DNA of 61,882 bases, filler included, from Collodictyon triciliatum (Eukaryota): NCBI GenBank assembly GCA_043381765.1. It is 24 parts of 24 records of this genome, joined end to end, with 100 filler letters (N's around TTAATTAATTAA, not from the genome) between each part and the next. Parts side by side here need not be neighbours in the genome. Positions count along the whole stretch, not along the records: positions 54,260 to 56,734 come from JBHJMP010008818.1; positions 56,835 to 59,308 come from JBHJMP010008819.1; positions 59,409 to 61,882 come from JBHJMP010008820.1; 21 more parts are not named here. One strand, given 5' to 3'. The notes below the pieces were generated by a model. That model made no database searches. It was not told where the DNA came from and saw only the letters and a program-made list of their open reading frames with translations. A program made the position numbers and the translations under genes. Position 1 is the first letter of the stretch; every line of letters begins with the position of its first letter. Below, piece by piece: positions 55,891 to 61,882 of the stretch.

Positions 55891-56734
55891 CCACACGCTC
55901 AACTACAACATCAAAAGGTTCTAAATCAATCGATGATTGCAAATGCATATATTCTTATGTATCATTCAATGGTGCTTGCACATGTCCTCCGGGACAGTTT
56001 GAGGACGAAAATAAATGTGTTCCATGCAGAATAGGTTCATACAAATCAACAAACGGCACGAATTTCTGCCTTTCATGTGGTGATAAGTTTACGACAATAA
56101 ATAATGGCTCGATGAACTCGACGGATTGTATTTGTAGTACAGGATTTGAACTCAGAAATTCTACTTGCGAATGCAAACCTGGATGGTATGAAAAGCAAAA
56201 GAACTGCTATGAATGCCCACCAAGCACATACAGTGAATATTTTGGGCAAACCTTTTGCGAAAAATGCCCAATAAATTCATTTACAAATATGACTGCATCA
56301 ATATCAATTGTAGAGTGTAAATGCCTTCCATCTACATATATTGATTCAAAGACCAAGCAATGCAAAGATTGTCCAACAGGATTTGTCTGCGACGGTAGTA
56401 GTAAGCTCGACGTTGCACCTGGATATTGGCAAGCACCGACATCAAACGGGGAATACATAGCTTATAAATGTCTGAATGAAGATGCTTGCAATGGAGGGAA
56501 TAATACATGTGCTGAAGGGTATACAGGAGCTTTATGCAGTGTTTGTGATGAAGGTTATGGAAGAGCGGGTTCTTTTTGCATTAAATGCTCGTCCCAAGGA
56601 ACAAATGGATTTTTAATTTTTCTCAGTATCGCTATCCCGCTGGCGTTTGTTTTCTTTATGATTGAACAATCAAGAGAGCCACAAACAGATGATATCTTAA
56701 TACTGAAAAATCTGTCCACACATTTTCAGATTTT
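54261..56734 (+). CDS. Cys-rich (GCC2_GCC3/ephrin-receptor-like repeat) membrane protein; partial at both ends
   Basis: The frame starting at 54261 encodes C..CP.GT.N repeats and continues into the 56112 ORF (CAEGYTGALCSVCDEGY...CIKC and a transmembrane segment). The His-rich ORFs in the track are off-frame shadows. Confidence 0.9.
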
Positions 56735-57319
56735 NNNNNNNNNNNNNNNNNNNNNNNNNNNNNNNNNNNNNNNNNNNNTTAATTAATTAANNNNNNNNNN
56801 NNNNNNNNNNNNNNNNNNNNNNNNNNNNNNNNNNTATTTCTTTTTTATTTCTTTTTTATTTCTTTTTTATTTCTTTTTTATTTCTTTTTTATTTCTTTTT
56901 TATTTCTTTTTTATTTCTTTTTTATTTCTTTTTTATTTCTTTTTTATTTCTTTTTATTTCTTTTTATTTCTTTTTATTTCTTTTTATTTCTTTTTATTTC
57001 TTTTTATTTCAAAATAAAAAGGTGGTTTGCAACGAGCTAACTCTTGTCCAAGCGAACCAGATCTTACACCGCACCCACTTGTTTATTTGGGAAAAGAAAA
57101 AAGAGCCGACGGTCCCTGTAGTGAATCATCGTCACTCTTTTGCAGCCTGCCTTTCATTCCTTTTTCTAAATCTCTTTCATTTTCATTATTTTATTTTATT
57201 TTATTTTATTTTATTTTATTTTATTTTATTTTATTTTATTTTATTTTATTTTATTTTATTTTATTTTATTTTATTTTTGTTCAGTCACCACCACGGATCG
57301 GAGACGCAGGAGATTCACT

Positions 57320-59120
57320 ATGCTGGACTCGGGCCCGTCTGGGTTTGGTATGTTCACAGCCAAATCTTTATATGTGTTTCCTGCGTCTCTGTGCCTTCAT
57401 TTCTCATAGTTGAAAATAAATGTTATTTTATAATTATCGTGTCGCTCTGAAAATCACATTACAAAGTCCTGATTGTCTGTTCATGTAATAGGAAATGCAC
57501 CTGTAACCAAATCCATCATGCTCACAAGTGCATTCTTTTCCTTCTTCACTACACTAATCCATGCACAGGTTCTATAGACTGATTTATTGCCTTTTTTAAA
57601 CTCTTTATGTATGTATGTATGTATGTATGTATGTATGTATGTATGTATGTATGTATGTATGTATGTATGTATGTATGTATGTATGTATGTATGTATGTAT
57701 GTGCATATTTGTAGAAAACGTTGAATATAGACAATGAGATATTTAATCGTGCATCCTTGAAATCCAAATCACATTCAGATAGCTAATTTGTTTTGTTTTT
57801 GCCTCAGAAATCGGTCGGTTTTCAGCTTGAGGATGGGATACTCAGCTCATACCCAGAGCTTTGGCGGCTTTTTACTGCGCAAGTTGTATTCACTTCATCC
57901 AGCGAAGTATTATTTGGATTTGTTTTGCTGTACTACTTCCGCATCTTTGAAAGGCAGATGGGCTCTAGAAAATTTGCCGTGAGTTGGCTATTATATTCAC
58001 ATCAATTTTAATCGGCTGTATTGAATCATAGTGTTTTAATCATCAGACTGCTTTTACTTTCAGTTTGAAAAGAGCAATATAATCATATCTAATCTTAATT
58101 TTTTCTCCCGAAGTTCTTTGCAGTTTTTATGATAATATCATCTACGCTGGCTTATACAGCAATATTGGTTTTGTTTCCAAGGATAGAATACATCGTTTCA
58201 GGACCGTATCCTACGCCTTTCAATTGTGCTATTACTGGAATTATCAAAAAAATATTTGGCGAAAAATATATAAATATTATGTGTGTAAATCCACGACGAG
58301 TTTTCCGTAACCGATTTTTTAAAATAATAATGTGCAGATATCCTCTCATATTTGGTTGCTTTGTTTTGTTTTTTGCCGATATTCCTGTTGCTCATAATTA
58401 CTTGGTATACAATATCACATTCACTGATAAGTCCTTTATATATCTGCTTGGATTTCAGGTTTGATATTGTGTTGTCTGTTTCTTTGTTTCTTTGTTTCTT
58501 TGTTTCTTTGTTTCTTTGTTTCTTTGTTTCTTTGTTTCTTTGTTTCTTTGTTTCTTTGTTTCTTTGTTTCTTTGTTTCATTGTTTCATTTCAGAAAAACT
58601 CCCCAGTCAATACTCTTATCATGTTTTACGGGTGTTGATATTAATAAAGATGCTTCTGGCCTCACCCTCCTCATCGATATTTGCTGGCTTTCTTGGGACA
58701 ATATGGTTATTTCGTTTTCCGTTTAAAATTTTATGTTTCTTTTGATTCTATTTATTTAAAAAAAAAGGTTATTTTTATGCTTTGTGCTTTATGTGCCATA
58801 TTGGCTATGAGGCGGGTATTTAAAATATATTATACATGTCAATATATTCCCAGTGGCTATTGTTACAGGGCAGAAGCCATGAGATTCAGACGCTTTGAGG
58901 TTCCAGACAGAATTGCCTCATTCTTCAGAGTACATATTCTCCCATATATCGACCCGGAGACGGACCAACCATATGCTTTACGCAACTACGTATGAATTTG
59001 TTTCTCAATCTTTATAGTAATAATATAACATATCAACTATCAAGCTTCATTTTTACCAACACTGTCAACTACTAGTCCAACAGGCAAGTAAATGACGGGA
59101 ATCGACCTGAAGATATCGAA
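57320..59120 (+). CDS. Rhomboid-like pseudoprotease, UBAC2/Dsc2-like; 3' partial
   Basis: MLDSGPSGF|GNAPVTKS...ELWRLFTAQVVF...LLYYFRIFERQMGSRKFA...SGP|YPLIFG...DIP...TDKSFIYLLGFQ. Confidence 0.88.
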
Positions 59121-59408
59121 GTATGTATAAATATTTGTATTCTGTTTTATTCTGTTTTATTCTGTTTTATTCTGTTTTATTCTGTTTTATTCTGTTTTAT
59201 TCTGTTTTATTCTGTTTTATTCTGTTTTATTCTGTTTTATTCTGTTTTATTCTGTTTTATTCTGTTTTATTCTGTTTTATTCTGTTTTATTCTGTTTTAT
59301 TCTGTTTTNNNNNNNNNNNNNNNNNNNNNNNNNNNNNNNNNNNNNNNNNNNNTTAATTAATTAANNNNNNNNNNNNNNNNNNNNNNNNNNNNNNNNNNNN
59401 NNNNNNNN

Positions 59409-59541
<133 letters not shown>

Positions 59542-59603
59542 TGTACAGGCCCTCGACACACATAGGTTCCTGTTGCTGACCTGATTGTACCCACGCCTAA
59601 TAG

Positions 59604-59749
59604 ATGCCCGAATATGACCCAGATCGCTACGATGACAGGCCACCACACCCGAGTCCTGTACTTGGCAACATCTCCAGATGGCTGCTCTATTGTGACAGGA
59701 GCTGGTGATGAAACTCTTCGGTTCTGGTCTGTGTTCCCAGAGAGCAAAG
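59604..59749 (+). CDS. APC/C activator Cdh1/Cdc20 (Fizzy family), last WD40 blade exon
   Basis: [43 protein letters not shown]. The terminal exon probably lies near 60020-60070 but is not resolved. Confidence 0.9.
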
Positions 59750-60766
59750 GTTGGTTCATTTTAAGTCCTTCCTTGGATGTCTTTCTTTTTGTCTTCCTGT
59801 GGTACAGATAGCACAACTGGATACACCTCTTGTCTCTTTCCATGGTCTAGGCGAGGAAAAAAGATAAAAAATAAGACAAAAAAAAAAGACAAAAAAAGAC
59901 AAAAAAAGACAAAAAAAGACAAAAAACGACAAGAATAGAAAATAACAACCCTTGTTTGAATCATTATCATCACGGTTTATTATTCTCATTTATGTACATT
60001 TAATTATTTTTTTAAAGCGGCGCTCTGTTCCTCAGGCCCGAACTCAGCTGATGGCGCTCTTTTTCGGTGAATCGCCCCATCTCTTTTTCTACCCTCCTTT
60101 CCATCTCACCGAGCCGAGGATAGATGGAGATTTAAACAGGATGATTGGTTTTCTGTTATGTGCATTTTTTCGGCGCCCACAGTATCCTGTTCCCTTCCTT
60201 CCTTGTTCACAGGTAGCGATGGTAAACGTTTGTGCCCATGTACCTGAAAAACACTTAGACACAGACCACGTCCTCGCCTTATACCGTATCGCATCACCAT
60301 GAAATAAACCTACAAATAATCACGTAAAACAGGGCAAAGACGCATGCGACGCTTTTCCTGAATGGAGTAAAGCAAGAAAAACAGAAAGAAAAAAAAAAGT
60401 AAAGTCACACCCGGCAGAAGCATTTTCGAATCGATGGGATTTATTTTTGCTCCTTGCTTTGTTCTGGGATATGTCTTTTAAATCTTGACGAAAAAATAAG
60501 CCGCCAAGCAGCATCAGAAAAGAGGCACGAGCTCGGCCTCGTGAAAAAAATAAAAGAATATAAGCGAAAAAAAAACACAAAAAAAAGACAGGGTTGCGTA
60601 TGGGCTGCACCCGACCAAAAAAGCGAGTCAAAGGCAATTGGAAAAAAGAAAAGGACTATTTCAATGTCAGTTTTTTTTTTTTTTTTGGTTCTCTTGAAGT
60701 AAAATAATGTGCTGCAGCTGACGACAATTTTGTTACCGCACAGGGCATGTCTCCCATGCAAGAGAC

Positions 60767-61720
60767 CTAAGTGGCAGCAGCCTTTTCCTTCTCTTTTTTC
60801 TCCTTCTCCTCCTTCTTCTTGCGCTCCTTCTCCTCTTTCTTGCGCTGGTCGGAGTCCTTCTCGGCCTTCCGCCGCTCGTCCGACGGGAACTTGTCGTAGC
60901 ACTTGGAGCAGTATGGCTTCGCAAAATAGTCGCGGAACGAACCGCCCGTGAGCTTCTTCTCGCACCCGAAGCAAACGAAGCAGTCTTCATGCCAGTACTG
61001 CGGTGTAGATGGGGTTTTTATTTTATTTTTTTTTTAAAAAAAATTACACCATTTTTCATCGAAGAAAAAAAAAACAATCAAAAACAAAAGAATGAGGATA
61101 AGAATAAGAATAAGAAAACATCATGATAATATGAGTGGATTACATGTCCCAGAGTGGACAGAGATTTTGTTAAGATGGGTTTGGAGCAGCGCATGCAAAT
61201 TTGACCGAAGCGGGTGTGGTAGTGCAGTGCACAGTAGGCCTGCGATGATTTGAAAGAGTAGCCATTAGCAACAAAAGACAACCACATGGATTGAAATTGG
61301 AATTCGACAAGAATTCTGTGCAGACGAGAGGCCATTTCTAGAGAGGGTTTCTCTTGTGAGTGTCTCACCTTGTCTTCTTTTTCGTAATGCTTTGCTCCCT
61401 CAAAAGGTTTCTCACAGTCTGTGCAGACAAAATGTTCTGGGTGCCATTGTCTGTCGAAGTTATAATTTAAATTATTACTTTTTTTTTTAAAAAACAAACA
61501 AACAAACAAAATAGAACGCAATAATGACATGAAAATAGAAGAAAAAAAAAAGAAAGTATTTGGGTAGTTCATAACCCAAAAGTGTGCTACTAACCGGTTG
61601 AGAGCGGAGATGGCTCGTCCCTCGATGGGCTGCTTGCATCCAGCGCAGGTAGTATGTACCAGGAAATTGTAGTCCTTCTCGCAATAGAGTGTCCCATCCA
61701 ATTCGAAGGAACTACCACCC
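60767..61720 (-). CDS. Tandem LIM-domain protein, PINCH/paxillin-like; 5' partial
   Basis: YCEKDY...CAGCKQPIEGRAISALN|RQWHPEHFVCTDC...|AYCALHY...CMRCSKPI...|YWHEDCFVCFGC...KPYCSKCYDKFP, then a charged tail and TAG at 60767. Confidence 0.9.
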
Positions 61721-61882
61721 TTCAGAGGAATCTGTACAATTTTTTTTAAAAAAAATGATAAGAATGAAAGGAAAGCACAACATAAATAAAAATAATTACT
61801 ATATTAAAGCGCGGTACTTAGACTTCATGCGTTCGATGAATAAATAAGAAGATAAAGAAAAAAAGAAAAAAAGAAAAAAAGA

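Noticed and set aside
54268-56034. Series of 85-123 aa His-rich ORFs (MLAQKAHSTQ...)
   Set aside because: They are off-frame shadows of the Cys-rich repeat protein.
60018-60070. Cdh1/Cdc20 ending in FR rather than the IR tail
   Set aside because: The terminal exon structure is ambiguous, with alternative acceptors near 59808, 60018 and 60036, so the C-terminus cannot be called.

Overview
This window is not continuous DNA. It is 24 short eukaryotic contigs (mostly 2474-2483 bp, sorted by decreasing length) joined by artificial 100-bp N44-TTAATTAATTAA-N44 spacers, so neighbouring contigs are not linked. Most contigs end in microsatellites and carry fragments of intron-rich (GT-AG, standard code) genes of an AT-rich protist. 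Recognisable genes are kanadaptin-like FHA, a degenerate 4CL-type ligase, Raptor, aladin-like WD40, an RRM protein, an exon-per-repeat TPR protein, a cadherin-like adhesin, formin, AIP1/WDR1, a cAMP-receptor-type GPCR, a cyclase-like/TKL kinase fusion, a sorting nexin, an LRR protein, a Cys-rich receptor, UBAC2/Dsc2, Cdh1/Cdc20 and a PINCH-like LIM protein. The best unexplained signal is a retroposon system. An L1/Tx1-type LINE with a 5' inversion ends in CTTTGAATCGAATAAAGG(A)n. That same 18-mer plus an A-rich tail occurs alone in three unrelated introns, each flanked by a 17-bp target-site duplication and each starting at the same nucleotide. A second short TSD-bounded family and an intronless, virus-like contig are also present. 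All product calls come from motif recognition by eye, not from database searches.
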